Positions 36,470 to 47,059 are shown, counted from the stretch's first letter. The stretch: DNA of 64,000 nt from a virus (IMGVR_UViG_2675903370_000001:466-64465); one strand, 5' to 3'. Program-made: numbers and translations. Notes: generated by a model from the letters alone, not told the origin.

Positions 36470-36557
36470 ATGTGCCTTGATCACGCAGGCGCGCTAGCCT
36501 TTGCCCAGTCGATCTGGCCGAACTGCAAGGTTGAATGATTAGGTTTTTGTTCCTGCT

Positions 36558-36878
36558 TCATGGCTCCTGTTTTTTACGTTTTGCGCTAATAGAGCGAGCG
36601 CAGTTGCCCAACACTGCTGCTGAATAAAATAAAGCGTTAGACAGCGAAGCAGCGAGCGCATAAATGTCGAGACGGCTGGGGTATCCGCTAGCAACGCAGA
36701 ACTTCCATACGACAACGACAGAAATCCCTGCACCTACACCCATCACGAAGTTCCCCGTCAGGCTCTGCCAGTAGCCTAAAACTCTGGTGGGGTTTGTTGA
36801 GTGGGCCACTGCTAACGCAACGCTAAGCAAAAGAAAAAACGTCGGGATTCCGACGGTAAACATTTGAAAGCCGTTCAT
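36558..36878 (-). CDS. Counter-oriented three-TM cargo protein
   Basis: Three hydrophobic segments; AAGG upstream. Confidence 0.6.
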   Translation of the reverse strand: MNGFQMFTVGIPTFFLLLSVALAVAHSTNPTRVLGYWQSLTGNFVMGVGAGISVVVVWKFCVASGYPSRLDIYALAASLSNALFYSAAVLGNCARSISAKRKKQEP

Positions 36879-36997
36879 GCACACCTTCTTTTTTTGGATC
36901 GGTAGTCGCGAGATTGTCAGCAAAGTCGTTCAGCGCAGCAGTTTAAATGCATGGGCCATGCATCATCGATAACTTTTAGCAGCATCGGAGTCTCAAA

Positions 36998-37444
36998 ATG
37001 ACGACCATTGCCTACAAAAACGGCGTGATCGCCTATGACTCCCGAACCACAAGAGGCACGACAATCAGTGACGATGACTGTGAGAAGCTGCAGACCGTCA
37101 ACGGTGTTCAGTTCATCTGCACGGGATGCGCCTGCGATTTTGATGCACTGATGGCTGGTTACTTCGGGACTGTTGCAAGCAGCCAGGTGGAAGCGTTCGG
37201 TTACGCCATCGATGATGGAAAGCTTTTCCTGATCGGATACGACGACAAGGCCGGTTTCTGGAAGTCCTCTTTGAGCCTTGATCGGGTAGACGCCATCGGC
37301 AGTGGCTCACCTTTCGCTTTGACGGCGATGGATATGGGCTCCACTGCAGCCGAAGCGGTAGAGATGGCCAAGAAGCGGGATACGGGGACCGGCGGGAAGG
37401 TCAGGAAGCTGAACATTCGCGAAGAGGGTGTGCCGCAGGGTTAG
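36998..37444 (+). CDS. HslV/proteasome-beta-like Ntn peptidase
   Basis: N-terminal M-TTI, DSR, EKL, AIGSGS, D.GTGG. Confidence 0.8.
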   Translation: MTTIAYKNGVIAYDSRTTRGTTISDDDCEKLQTVNGVQFICTGCACDFDALMAGYFGTVASSQVEAFGYAIDDGKLFLIGYDDKAGFWKSSLSLDRVDAIGSGSPFALTAMDMGSTAAEAVEMAKKRDTGTGGKVRKLNIREEGVPQG

Positions 37445-37476
37445 CGGCACACTGCTGCGGGGTTCAATGAGACGCC

Positions 37477-37905
37477 TCACCTGCGGGCAGCAAAACACGC
37501 CTGCAAAGAAGTCTGATGCTGTTGCATCATGATTTGAAGGCCCGAACGCATCTCGTTCGTACTGTTGTACTCGTAGGCGCGTTCGATTTTTGCCTGCAGG
37601 TCGGAGATATCGCTGCGAATTGATTCGCACTGGTCACTCCTCATTCTGTTAATTGACGCGTTTGCCAATGAAAGTTCAGAGCCCAGCTTGGCATAGCCAT
37701 CTCGCCACTTTTCGTTTTCCTTGCGGTATTCATCGTTGTACTTGGACATTTCGGTGTTTCGTTTTATCTCGGTAGCGAGTGAGCTTCTGAGTTGCCCGTA
37801 ATCCATGCCTCCCAAGACTAAGGCAGAAATTCCGGCGCCTATCAATCCTGCGATAGGTACCGCCACGGCTAAATTCGAAATCGTTGACCAAAAACCGCTG
37901 CTCAT
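37477..37905 (-). CDS. Counter-oriented membrane-anchored coiled-coil cargo protein
   Basis: N-terminal TM helix, GGAG RBS, AT-rich upstream region. Confidence 0.65.
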   Translation of the reverse strand: MSSGFWSTISNLAVAVPIAGLIGAGISALVLGGMDYGQLRSSLATEIKRNTEMSKYNDEYRKENEKWRDGYAKLGSELSLANASINRMRSDQCESIRSDISDLQAKIERAYEYNSTNEMRSGLQIMMQQHQTSLQACFAARR

Positions 37906-37988
37906 CTAATGCTGCTCCATGCTAAGTAAACTGAATATTTTTTGATGATATTGAATATAAAAGCAAGGTGCTGGTCTAGGGAAGTACT

Positions 37989-38603
37989 TTGAAAAGACCC
38001 ATAACGCCACCCTCATTACTTGTCACGGCGGACCTAGTAACCCGTCTGATCCCTGCCCCAGAGGTAAGGGACTGGCTCCAAGCCGAGATCCTCGCGGACG
38101 ACGGCAGTATCCACAATCCCGATCATACTCATTTGCTAGACGCTGATATCCGTGTGATGTGGGCATCGACCAGCTTCGAGAAGCAGGGCCGACGAGTACT
38201 GGGTCAAGCTGAGCAAGTCACCTTCCGTGCGGGAGGGTGGCAAAAGGCGCGCATGGAACAGCAGATGCGTGACTGGTTCGGTGACATCCCAGACTTCATC
38301 ATCACGTTGGCCGCCGATTACTGCGCAACCTGTAGCGACGCCGACTTCTGCGCACTGGTTGAACATGAGCTTTACCACCTGGCGCAGGCGACCGATCAAT
38401 ACGGCCAATCTGTCTTCACCAAAGAGGGTGCACCCAAGCTGAAGCTGCGAGGCCATGACGTCGAAGAGTTCGTCGGTGTGGTCCGTCGCTATGGGGCAAG
38501 CCCAGACGTTCAGCTGCTGGTTGACGCTGCAAACAAGCCTGCTGAGGTAGGTAAATTGAATATATCGAGGGCCTGCGGAACCTGTCTGCTCAAGTCGGCC
38601 TGA
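37989..38603 (+). CDS. Putative phage metallopeptidase
   Basis: EHELYH and HDVEEF.GVVRRYG. Confidence 0.85.
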   Translation: MKRPITPPSLLVTADLVTRLIPAPEVRDWLQAEILADDGSIHNPDHTHLLDADIRVMWASTSFEKQGRRVLGQAEQVTFRAGGWQKARMEQQMRDWFGDIPDFIITLAADYCATCSDADFCALVEHELYHLAQATDQYGQSVFTKEGAPKLKLRGHDVEEFVGVVRRYGASPDVQLLVDAANKPAEVGKLNISRACGTCLLKSA

Positions 38604-38634
38604 AATTTGACAGGCATTAGACGGAATTCAACCT

Positions 38635-39096
38635 ATGGCAGCCCTGAAGCATGAGGTGAAGAGCTTCATCGTTCAGGCGTTGGCTTGCTTCGACACTCCC
38701 TCGCAAGTCGTAGAGCAGGTCAAACAAGAATTCAGCATTGAGATATCCCGCCAGCAGTGTGAGTCGCACGACCCAACCAAACGAGCCGGGGTGAACCTTG
38801 CGGCCAGATGGGTGACCCTGTTTCACGACACACGCAAGCGTTTCCGCGAAGATACGGCGGAGATTCCGATCGCCAACCGAGCCTATCGACTGCGTGCTCT
38901 TGGCAGGATCGTTGAGAAAGCCGAGAGCATGCGTAACCTTGCGCTGGCCCTCCAGGTGCTGGAACAGGCGGCCAAAGAATCCGGCGATATGTACGTCAAC
39001 CGCCACCGTAAGGATGAGCCGAGCGACGAACCGGCGATTCCGACTCGCATCCAGGTCGATGTAGTGGACGCGAGGAAGCCTGATGCCGAGCCTTAA
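38635..39096 (+). CDS. terS: Terminase small subunit (DUF2280-like)
   Basis: FIVQALACFDTPSQV; upstream of terL. Confidence 0.85.
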   Translation: MAALKHEVKSFIVQALACFDTPSQVVEQVKQEFSIEISRQQCESHDPTKRAGVNLAARWVTLFHDTRKRFREDTAEIPIANRAYRLRALGRIVEKAESMRNLALALQVLEQAAKESGDMYVNRHRKDEPSDEPAIPTRIQVDVVDARKPDAEP

Positions 39097-40384
39097 CGTC
39101 CCGCAATCGAAATTCCTGCTGCTGCCCCACAAGTTTCGCGCGTTCGTGGCAGGGTTCGGCTCTGGGAAGACCTGGGTAGGCTGCTCGGCGCTGAGCAAGC
39201 ACTTCATGGAGTGGCCGGGTGTCAACGCGGGTTACTTCGCGCCGACTTACCCGCAGATACGGGACATCTTCTATCCGACGATGGAGGAGGTGGCTTACGA
39301 GTGGGGCCTGAAGACAAAGATCAATCAGGCAAACCATGAGGTTCACATCTACAGCGGTCGGCAGTATCGCGGCACAGTGATCTGTCGTTCGATGGAGAAG
39401 CCGCAGACCATTGTTGGCTTCAAGGTCGGGCACGCCCTGGTCGATGAGCTGGACGTTCTGACCTCGATCAAGGCGCAGCAGGCCTGGCGCAAGATCATCG
39501 CGCGAATGCGTTACAACCTGCCCGGGTTGAAGAACGGCGTGGACGTCACCACGACACCGGAAGGCTTCAAGTTCGTCTTCCTGCAGTTCGTGAAGCAGCT
39601 GCGCGACAAGCCGGCGCTCAAGGAGATGTATGGGCTCATCCAGGCCAGCACCTTCGACAACGAGCTGAACCTGCCGGACGACTACATCCCGTCGCTGATG
39701 GAGTCATACCCAGAGCAATTGATCAGGGCGTACCTGAACGGCCAATTCGTCAACCTGACGTCTGGGTCGATCTACCACGCGTATGACCGCAAGCTGAACC
39801 AGTGTTTCGACACGGTGCAGGCCGGTGAGCCTCTGTTCATCGGCATGGACTTTAACGTCGGCAAGATGGCAGCGATCACGCATGTGAAGCGTGACAAGGG
39901 CCTGCCCCGAGCCGTGGACGAGTTCATGGACGGCTACGACACGCCCGACATGATCCGGCGCATCAAGGAGCGCTACTGGCGCCACGATGGCGACAAGTAC
40001 ATCAAGTCCTGCGAAATCAGGGTTTACCCAGACGCCTCCGGTGACTCGCGCAAGTCAGTCAATGCCAGCGTCACGGATATCGCCATGCTCAAGCAGGCAG
40101 GCTTCACAGTGATCGCACCTGCGGCCAACCCTCCGGTGAAGGATCGAATCAACGCCATGAACGCGATGTTTTGCAACGCGCAGGGCGAGCGCCGATACCT
40201 GGTCAACCCTTTCACCTGCCCGACATATGCCGATGGCCTCGAACAGCAGGTCTGGGCAGCCAACGGTGAGCCCGACAAATCACAAGGCAACGACCACGCG
40301 AACGATGGCGGCGGTTATTTCATCCACCGCGAGTACCCGATCATAAAACCGGTCACCTCTCTAACCCTGGGATACGCCCGATGA
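39083..40384 (+). CDS. terL: Terminase large subunit
   Basis: GFGSGKT Walker A, VDELD, TTTPEG, GMDFN, DHANDG. Confidence 0.95.
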   Translation: MPSLNVPQSKFLLLPHKFRAFVAGFGSGKTWVGCSALSKHFMEWPGVNAGYFAPTYPQIRDIFYPTMEEVAYEWGLKTKINQANHEVHIYSGRQYRGTVICRSMEKPQTIVGFKVGHALVDELDVLTSIKAQQAWRKIIARMRYNLPGLKNGVDVTTTPEGFKFVFLQFVKQLRDKPALKEMYGLIQASTFDNELNLPDDYIPSLMESYPEQLIRAYLNGQFVNLTSGSIYHAYDRKLNQCFDTVQAGEPLFIGMDFNVGKMAAITHVKRDKGLPRAVDEFMDGYDTPDMIRRIKERYWRHDGDKYIKSCEIRVYPDASGDSRKSVNASVTDIAMLKQAGFTVIAPAANPPVKDRINAMNAMFCNAQGERRYLVNPFTCPTYADGLEQQVWAANGEPDKSQGNDHANDGGGYFIHREYPIIKPVTSLTLGYAR

Positions 40385-41802
40385 GCAATGACGTTTCCTT
40401 CAAGCGGCCCGAATACATCGAGGCGTTGGATCGCTGGCTGACTGTGCGCGACGTCTGTGCCGGCCAGCACCGTGTTGTTGACCGGCTGCCTTACATCAAT
40501 CGGCACGACAAGTCAGAAGAGAACGTCGAGCGCAACAACGCGTACCGCGAGCGCGCAGTGTTCAAGAACGCCACCGGCCACACCCGAAACGGGCTGATTG
40601 GCTTGGCGTTCCACAAAGACCCCACGCTGACGGTCCCCAAGAACCTTGAATACCTGCAGGACAATGCCAACGGCGCAGGCGTGAGCATCTATCAGCAGTC
40701 GCAAGGCTCGCTGGAGAAGGTCTTGGAAGCCGGTCGTCATGGTCTTTTCGTGGACTTCCACGAAGACAGCGGCATCGGTGGGCATTCGGTCATCCTCACT
40801 TACACGGCTGAAGACGTTATCAACTGGCGCACTGGCATGGTGGACGGCCACAACGTCCTCACCATGGTCGTCCTGCGTGAGATGAATGAAGAGGCAGATG
40901 GGTTTGGGCTGAAGTGCACGGAGCAGTTTCGCGAGTTGGCCCTGGACGAGGCTGGACTGTACGTCTGTCGCGTCTGGCGTCGTAAAGGTCCGCGCGGCGG
41001 CGGCCCTCTTGAGGTGGTGGAAGAGTACATGCCAGCCGGGAAGGGCGGACGTCTCAAGGAGATCCCTTTCACGTTCATCGGCGCCCAGAACAACGACCCA
41101 AGCATTGATGAGTCGCCCCTATACGACATCGCGATGATCAACCTCGGCCATTACCGGAACAGCGCGGACTACGAGGACAGCGTGTTCTGGTGTGGCCAGG
41201 CTCAGCCGTGGATCAGCGGCGTGGATGACCAGTGGCTTGAGATGGCCCGCAAAGAAGGCGTTTACGTCGGCTCCCGCGCTCCGATCCCCGTGCCTGCTGG
41301 TGAAACCTTTGCCTTTGCCCAACCCCAGCCCAACACGCTGGTGAAAGAGGCGATGGCCGACAAGAACCAGATGATGATCGAGCTGGGCGCGCGCATGGTT
41401 GTGTCGTCCATAACTGCCAAAACAGCTACCGAGTCGAGAGGCGACCAGTCGGCGTCTACATCGGTGCTTGCGATCTGCGTATCCAACGTCAACGAGGCCT
41501 ATACCCGGGCGCTGGGTTGGTGCGCTCAGTTCCTGGGTGTCACCGGCAAGACGGCTTATCTGGTGAATCAAGAGTTCGTCGAGCTCAGCGCTGACCCTCA
41601 GATGATCACCGCTCTTGTGCAGCTATGGCAGAGCGGCGGATTCGCCAAGGCCGATCTGCGCGGGTACCTGCGCAAGTTGGGACTGATCGCGCCGGAGCGC
41701 ACCGACAAGCAAATAGATGGAGAGCTCCAGGAACAGAGCGACAACCTCGGCCTGGATGATGACGAGGACTTAAACGATGGCCGTCAACCAAGCGGTACTT
41801 GA
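40381..41802 (+). CDS. Portal protein (DUF4055)
   Basis: 473 aa after terL; PLYDIA.INLGHYRNSADYE. Confidence 0.88.
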   Translation: MSNDVSFKRPEYIEALDRWLTVRDVCAGQHRVVDRLPYINRHDKSEENVERNNAYRERAVFKNATGHTRNGLIGLAFHKDPTLTVPKNLEYLQDNANGAGVSIYQQSQGSLEKVLEAGRHGLFVDFHEDSGIGGHSVILTYTAEDVINWRTGMVDGHNVLTMVVLREMNEEADGFGLKCTEQFRELALDEAGLYVCRVWRRKGPRGGGPLEVVEEYMPAGKGGRLKEIPFTFIGAQNNDPSIDESPLYDIAMINLGHYRNSADYEDSVFWCGQAQPWISGVDDQWLEMARKEGVYVGSRAPIPVPAGETFAFAQPQPNTLVKEAMADKNQMMIELGARMVVSSITAKTATESRGDQSASTSVLAICVSNVNEAYTRALGWCAQFLGVTGKTAYLVNQEFVELSADPQMITALVQLWQSGGFAKADLRGYLRKLGLIAPERTDKQIDGELQEQSDNLGLDDDEDLNDGRQPSGT

Positions 41803-42862
41803 TGCCACGATCCGGCACTCGGTGTTTCTGGAGCAGTTGAAGGCTGGAGAGGTCGAGAAATTCGCTCCTTTCCTCAAGGAGATCGACAGGGCGGTGCGCG
41901 GGCAGCTCACCAATGCTGACTTGAGCGAGTACAACATCAAGCGGCTGAACCAGCTGCTCGACGAGGTCGACAGCCTTCTGCTCGGCATCTTCGACCGCTA
42001 TACCACGACGCTGAATCTTGATCTGATCGACCTGGCCAACTACGAGGCTCAGTTCGAAGCGACGGCGCTATCCCGGTCCGCGCCTGTGGGTGTCACATTT
42101 GATGCAGTGGTCCCGCCAGCACGCGCTATCCGCTCGGCAGTGCTCAACAACCCGCTCAGCGTGCGCGACAACGGCGGCGGCAAGCTGCTGGAGCCATTCA
42201 TCAAGGACTGGGCATCTACCGAGCGTGAGCGCGTCAGTGGTGCCATCAGGCAAGGATTCTTCGAGGGGCAGACGAACTTTCAGGTCATCCGCAAGATTCG
42301 CGGTACCAAGGCTGCGGGGTACAGCGACGGGATACTGGCGACGACCAAGCGCAATGCGAGTGCAGTCGTGCATACCGCTGTGCAGCATGTGGCCTCGCAG
42401 GCCCGGATGGAGACGATCAAGGCCAATCCTGATGTAGTCGCTGAGATTGAGATCGTTGCCACACTCGATAGCAAGACAACCCAGACCTGTAGGTCAATGG
42501 ACAAGCGCCGCTTTCCATTTGATTCAGGGCCGCGCCCACCGTTTCACATCAGGTGCCGGACGACCTTCGTGCCCGTGACCAAATGGACCAAGTTCCTCAG
42601 CGAGGATGCTACTCGCGCCTCGGTGGGGCCGAACGGCGGAGGCCAGGTGGCGGCCGATCTGAGCTATTACGATTGGCTCAAGCTCCAACCTTCGGCGTTT
42701 CAGGATCAGGCGCTTGGCCCGACCCGCGCGAAGCTGTTCCGCGATGGAGGGCTTACGCTTGAGCGCTTCTCTGAGCTGCAGCTCGACCGTAACTTCAAGC
42801 CGCTGACGTTGGAGCAGATGAAAAAGCTTGAGCCGCTGGCGTTCGAACGCGCGGGAATTTAA
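41777..42862 (+). CDS. Minor head protein (SPP1 gp7/Mu F-like)
   Basis: ATLDSKTT..CR, PPFHIRCRT. Confidence 0.9.
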   Translation: MAVNQAVLDATIRHSVFLEQLKAGEVEKFAPFLKEIDRAVRGQLTNADLSEYNIKRLNQLLDEVDSLLLGIFDRYTTTLNLDLIDLANYEAQFEATALSRSAPVGVTFDAVVPPARAIRSAVLNNPLSVRDNGGGKLLEPFIKDWASTERERVSGAIRQGFFEGQTNFQVIRKIRGTKAAGYSDGILATTKRNASAVVHTAVQHVASQARMETIKANPDVVAEIEIVATLDSKTTQTCRSMDKRRFPFDSGPRPPFHIRCRTTFVPVTKWTKFLSEDATRASVGPNGGGQVAADLSYYDWLKLQPSAFQDQALGPTRAKLFRDGGLTLERFSELQLDRNFKPLTLEQMKKLEPLAFERAGI

Positions 42863-42944
42863 CCGAACACTTTCAATCAGCCGCCTCCGGGCGGTTTTTT
42901 TACGCCCGTAAGGCGGGCCGACAAAACCCAAGGGGTGCATCACC

Positions 42945-43673
42945 GTGGCAGAAGAAAACGAAATCGACCTGGAGAACCCAGCCATCAAAGCCGCTATTGA
43001 GGCTGCTGTCAGGACCTCTGAGGCCGGTCTGAAAAATAAAAACAGTGAGTTGCTGGGTAAGCTCAAGGAAGCCACCGGCAAGCTGACTCAGTTCGAAACC
43101 CAGTTTGAAGGCATCGACATCGACGCTGTCAAAGGGCTGCTGAGCCGCGCCGGTCAGGACGAGGAAACCAAGCTGCTTACAGAGGGCAAGGTGGACGAGG
43201 TGTTCAACAAGCGCACCGAGCGTCTGCGCGGTGACTATGAAAAGCAGTTGAAGGCAATCAGCGAGCGCGCGACGAAGGCTGAAACATTCGCCGCCAAGTT
43301 TCAGGGCAAAGTCCTGGGCGACTCGGTGCGCGGCGCAGCCCTCAAAGCCGGCGCGCTGCCCGAAGCAACTGACGACATCATCCTGCGCGCCAAAGGCGTG
43401 TTCTCACTGAACGAGGAGGGCGAAGCGGTCGCCGTTGATGAGTCTGGTCAGACCATCCTCGGCAAGGACGGCAAGACCCCTTTGACCCCGCTCGAATGGG
43501 CGGAATCCTTGCGCGAAAGCGCTCCTCACCTGTGGCCAAGGGCCTCGGGTACGAATGCCCCGGGCGGGGGTGGCGGCCAGGCTGCACTGAAGCGCTCCGA
43601 AATGACAGCGACGCAAAAGCGCGACTACCAGCGCAAGCACGGCCAAACCGCATACCTCAATTTGCCCAAGTAA
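42945..43673 (+). CDS. Capsid scaffold protein
   Basis: Coiled coil, precedes capsid gene. Confidence 0.75.
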   Translation: MAEENEIDLENPAIKAAIEAAVRTSEAGLKNKNSELLGKLKEATGKLTQFETQFEGIDIDAVKGLLSRAGQDEETKLLTEGKVDEVFNKRTERLRGDYEKQLKAISERATKAETFAAKFQGKVLGDSVRGAALKAGALPEATDDIILRAKGVFSLNEEGEAVAVDESGQTILGKDGKTPLTPLEWAESLRESAPHLWPRASGTNAPGGGGGQAALKRSEMTATQKRDYQRKHGQTAYLNLPK

Positions 43674-43685
43674 GGGGATTCACCC

Positions 43686-44636
43686 ATGGCAACAACTGTG
43701 AACAGCGATCTGATCATCTACAACGATGAAGCTCAGACCGCATACCTGGAGCGTGTCCAGGACAACCTGGACATTTTCAACGCGTCCTCCAACGGCGCAA
43801 TCATCCTCGACAACGAGCTGATCGAAGGCGACTTCCGCAAACGTGCCTTCTACAAGCTGGCAGGTTCGCTGGATCACCGTGACGTCAACTCCGAAGCCAA
43901 AGTCGTCGCCAAGAAAATCGGCGCCGGTGAGGCAGTCGGCGTCAAGGCTCCGTGGAAGTACGGTCCGTACCAGACGACCGAAGAGGCGTTCAAGCGTCGC
44001 GGTCGCCCGGTAGACGAGTTCTCCCAGATCATCGGCCAGGACGTTGCCGACGCAACCCTTGAGGGCTTCGTGCAGTACGCAACTGCCGCACTACGCGCCT
44101 CGATCGGCTCCAACCCTGCAATGGTCGTTGAGGCCAGCATCGAGACAGACGGCAAGAAGACGCTGACTCGCGGCATGCGCAAGTTCGGCGACAAATTTGG
44201 CCGTATCGCTCTGTGGGTCATGCACTCTTCGGCATACTTCGACATCGTCGACGAAGCCATCACCAACAAGCTGTACGAAGAGGCGGGTGTCGTGATCTAC
44301 GGCGGCCTGCCAGGTACCCTGGGCAAGCCGGTACTGGTTACCGATACCGCTCCGGTTGACGTGATCTTCGGCCTGCTGCCAAGCGCCGTGACCATCACCG
44401 AATCTCAGGCGCCAGGCTTCCGCTCTTACGAAGTCAACGATGAGGAAAACCTCGCCATCGGCTACCGCGCTGAAGGCGTCGTGAACATCGATGTTCTGGG
44501 TTACAGCTGGAAAGAAACTGCCGGTGGTGCGAACCCATCGCTCGCCGCTGTCGGCTCGTCCGCCAACTGGGTCAAGCATTCTGCCAGCGACAAGGTCACT
44601 GCAGGCGTGATGATCGAACTCACTCCGGCTGCCTAA
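43686..44636 (+). CDS. Major capsid protein
   Basis: 316 aa, position, FNASSNGAI, VMHS, LGKPVLVTD. Confidence 0.88.
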   Translation: MATTVNSDLIIYNDEAQTAYLERVQDNLDIFNASSNGAIILDNELIEGDFRKRAFYKLAGSLDHRDVNSEAKVVAKKIGAGEAVGVKAPWKYGPYQTTEEAFKRRGRPVDEFSQIIGQDVADATLEGFVQYATAALRASIGSNPAMVVEASIETDGKKTLTRGMRKFGDKFGRIALWVMHSSAYFDIVDEAITNKLYEEAGVVIYGGLPGTLGKPVLVTDTAPVDVIFGLLPSAVTITESQAPGFRSYEVNDEENLAIGYRAEGVVNIDVLGYSWKETAGGANPSLAAVGSSANWVKHSASDKVTAGVMIELTPAA

Positions 44637-44681
44637 GCCATCCGACAGGTGCGGTCAGAAATGGCCGCCAGGGAGAACATC

Positions 44682-45110
44682 ATGGAACTCGTTTATAGCA
44701 ACCAGCGCGGTGACTTCGATCCTAACAAGCGCTATCGCAACCCGGATCTGTTCCGGAACGTCGAGCGCGGCGTGACCAAGGTCACCGTGGTTGGCGATTA
44801 CCCGGAAATCGTCGATGCCTACAAGGCGGTCGAGGTTGACGTGGAGATCGAGACACGCAAGACAGCGGTGAAAGGCAAGGCCAAAGCCGCTGATAAAACT
44901 CCTGCAAAGCCGGGCAAAGGCCCAACCAAGCCTGAGTCCAATGGCACCCAGAAGGACGGCACCAAGGACGAACCGGTCTACATCCCCAAGCTGGAGGCGG
45001 ACGACCAGTGGATCATCATCACCCGCGACGGTGTACGATTCAGCGACTTTGCTGGTGATGAAGCTCAGGCCAAGGCCGAAGCAGATCGCCTGAACGAAAA
45101 CAAGGAATAA
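44682..45110 (+). CDS. Head-associated hypothetical protein
   Basis: GGGAG RBS, position after capsid gene. Confidence 0.7.
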   Translation: MELVYSNQRGDFDPNKRYRNPDLFRNVERGVTKVTVVGDYPEIVDAYKAVEVDVEIETRKTAVKGKAKAADKTPAKPGKGPTKPESNGTQKDGTKDEPVYIPKLEADDQWIIITRDGVRFSDFAGDEAQAKAEADRLNENKE

Positions 45111-45113
45111 GTC

Positions 45114-45614
45114 ATGCTTATCATCGAGGACGGCACCGGCGTACCGGACGCTGAAAGCTACGCCACTGCCGCTGAACTGGTGATCTATGCCGGGAAATTC
45201 GGTGCGGCCATCCCGGCTGAAGAGGCTGCGCAAGAGGCTGTTTTGCGCCGGGCCGCCTTGGTGATGGACGGCATGACCTGGAAGGGACGCAAATCCACCG
45301 GCGATCAGGCACTGTCCTGGCCTCGCCGGGAGATTCGCCTGGATGGCGAGAACAAGCCGGAGCGGTACCTCCCGGCACGCATTCAGTACGGTCAGATGGC
45401 TCTGGCCGCTGAGATTCATGCCGACGACATTGATCCTATCGACAAGCGCAAGGGCGCGGTCACGAAGGAAAAGGTGGACGGCGCGGTAGAGCGTGAATAC
45501 GCGACCATCAGCAATACGAGCAAGCGACTTCTGCCTGCTGCGCCGGACAGGCCCAGCGCTACGCAGTTTGCAGACTATCTTCAACGACGCGGGCTGTTTG
45601 CAGTGCGCGCCTGA
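45114..45614 (+). CDS. Head-tail adaptor
   Basis: IEDGTG..DAESY, WKG, QALSWPR. Confidence 0.8.
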   Translation: MLIIEDGTGVPDAESYATAAELVIYAGKFGAAIPAEEAAQEAVLRRAALVMDGMTWKGRKSTGDQALSWPRREIRLDGENKPERYLPARIQYGQMALAAEIHADDIDPIDKRKGAVTKEKVDGAVEREYATISNTSKRLLPAAPDRPSATQFADYLQRRGLFAVRA

Positions 45615-45630
45615 TTGACTTGGAGCCACC

Positions 45631-45999
45631 ATGGCCTTCTACGATGAGATGGCTGTGATGGCTCTCGATCTGATTACCGAATACGGCCAGGCAGTCACCA
45701 TCCGCGATGCAATCAAGGGCGGCTATAGCCCGGCGACCGGCACCACATCACCAGATACGGTCACGGAGAGAACCGCCCGAGGCATCCTGCTCGACTTCAC
45801 TGGGCAGGAGTTCCAGACCAATACCCTGATCAAGGTAGGCGACAAGAAGCTGAAGATTGCCGCTCGAGGCTTGAGTGAGCCACCGACGCTGCTCAGCAAA
45901 GTGGTGGTCCAGGGTCGCACCTGGTCGATCATTCCACCGCTGAAAGAGATCAACCCGGCAGGCACACCACTGCTCTACGAGCTGCAGGTGCGCTCATGA
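45631..45999 (+). CDS. Head-closure/joining protein
   Basis: Position, size, C-terminal LYELQVR. Confidence 0.7.
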   Translation: MAFYDEMAVMALDLITEYGQAVTIRDAIKGGYSPATGTTSPDTVTERTARGILLDFTGQEFQTNTLIKVGDKKLKIAARGLSEPPTLLSKVVVQGRTWSIIPPLKEINPAGTPLLYELQVRS

Positions 46000-46652
46000 G
46001 TCTTGCAGGTGCTGGTCAGTCCGGCGGCTTCGCCCTCGACCTCGCCAGGTTTGCCGAGCAGGCCAAGGAAGCGGTCGATGTCAGTCTTCGCGAGATCATC
46101 ATCGAGATCGGCAGCAGCGTCATCCGGATGTCTCCAGTGGGCAATCCGGAGATATGGGCGGCCAACCTTGCGTTTCGTGATGCCAACACCCGCGCAGCCG
46201 ACGAATACGACTTCAAGGTTTCCCTGCGCAATACGGTCATCAACCTGACAGAGTCGAACTTTACGAAGTCCGGCAAGCTGAAGCGAGGCGTGAAATACGC
46301 CAAGCCGTTGACCAAGACCGAGCGTGTCCAGAACTTCAACGTAAACGGCCTTGTGGCTGGCCAGGATTACGTCGGTGGCCGATTCCGTGGCAACTGGATG
46401 TTCGGGATTGGCGCGCCAGATGGGACGACCACAGAAGAGCTCGATCCGAGCGGCAGCAAATCCAACGCACGCATCTCAAACGGCGTGCTGGAATTCCACG
46501 CCGGCGACGTCGCCTACATCACCAACAGCCTGCCGTACGCCATCCCGCTGGAATTTGGGCATTCGACCCAGGCACCGGGCGGTATGGTTCGAATCACCGT
46601 GGCGCGCTTCCAGCAGATTGTTGAGGCTGCCATCAGGAATCATCAGGTATGA
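45996..46652 (+). CDS. Neck/tail-completion protein (HK97 gp10-like)
   Basis: SPV, GRFRGNW, PYA..LEFGHS.QAP.GMV. Confidence 0.8.
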   Translation: MSLAGAGQSGGFALDLARFAEQAKEAVDVSLREIIIEIGSSVIRMSPVGNPEIWAANLAFRDANTRAADEYDFKVSLRNTVINLTESNFTKSGKLKRGVKYAKPLTKTERVQNFNVNGLVAGQDYVGGRFRGNWMFGIGAPDGTTTEELDPSGSKSNARISNGVLEFHAGDVAYITNSLPYAIPLEFGHSTQAPGGMVRITVARFQQIVEAAIRNHQV

Positions 46653-47059
46653 GCCACAAAATAATCCGCTCACTGTTCGAGCAGAGACTCACGACGTGGG
46701 CAGGTGGGCGCAACCTGAGGATCGCCTATCAGGGCGTCAGCTTCACGCCAGAGGAAGACGAGACGTATTTGGCAGCATTCATGCTTCCAGCCGGGACCGG
46801 TACCGACACGTTATCGGGCGATCACCGTATATATACCGGTGTGTTTCAGGTCAACGTTGTGACACCGGCAGGCAATGGGACTGGCGAAGCTGAGGGCCTT
46901 GTCGACGATATTGCCGCTCTGTTCCCGGCCTATCTCAGGCTCAATCAAGACGCGTTCGAGGTGCTGGTGCTCACGCCGGTAGAACCTGGGCCGCCGATCA
47001 CCGGTGACAGCACACTGACAGTCTCCGCCTCGTTTCAGTACCGCGCCGACACCAACTAA
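46649..47059 (+). CDS. Tail terminator (DUF4128-like)
   Basis: Position before tail tube; GVFQVNVVTP. Confidence 0.75.
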   Translation: MSHKIIRSLFEQRLTTWAGGRNLRIAYQGVSFTPEEDETYLAAFMLPAGTGTDTLSGDHRIYTGVFQVNVVTPAGNGTGEAEGLVDDIAALFPAYLRLNQDAFEVLVLTPVEPGPPITGDSTLTVSASFQYRADTN

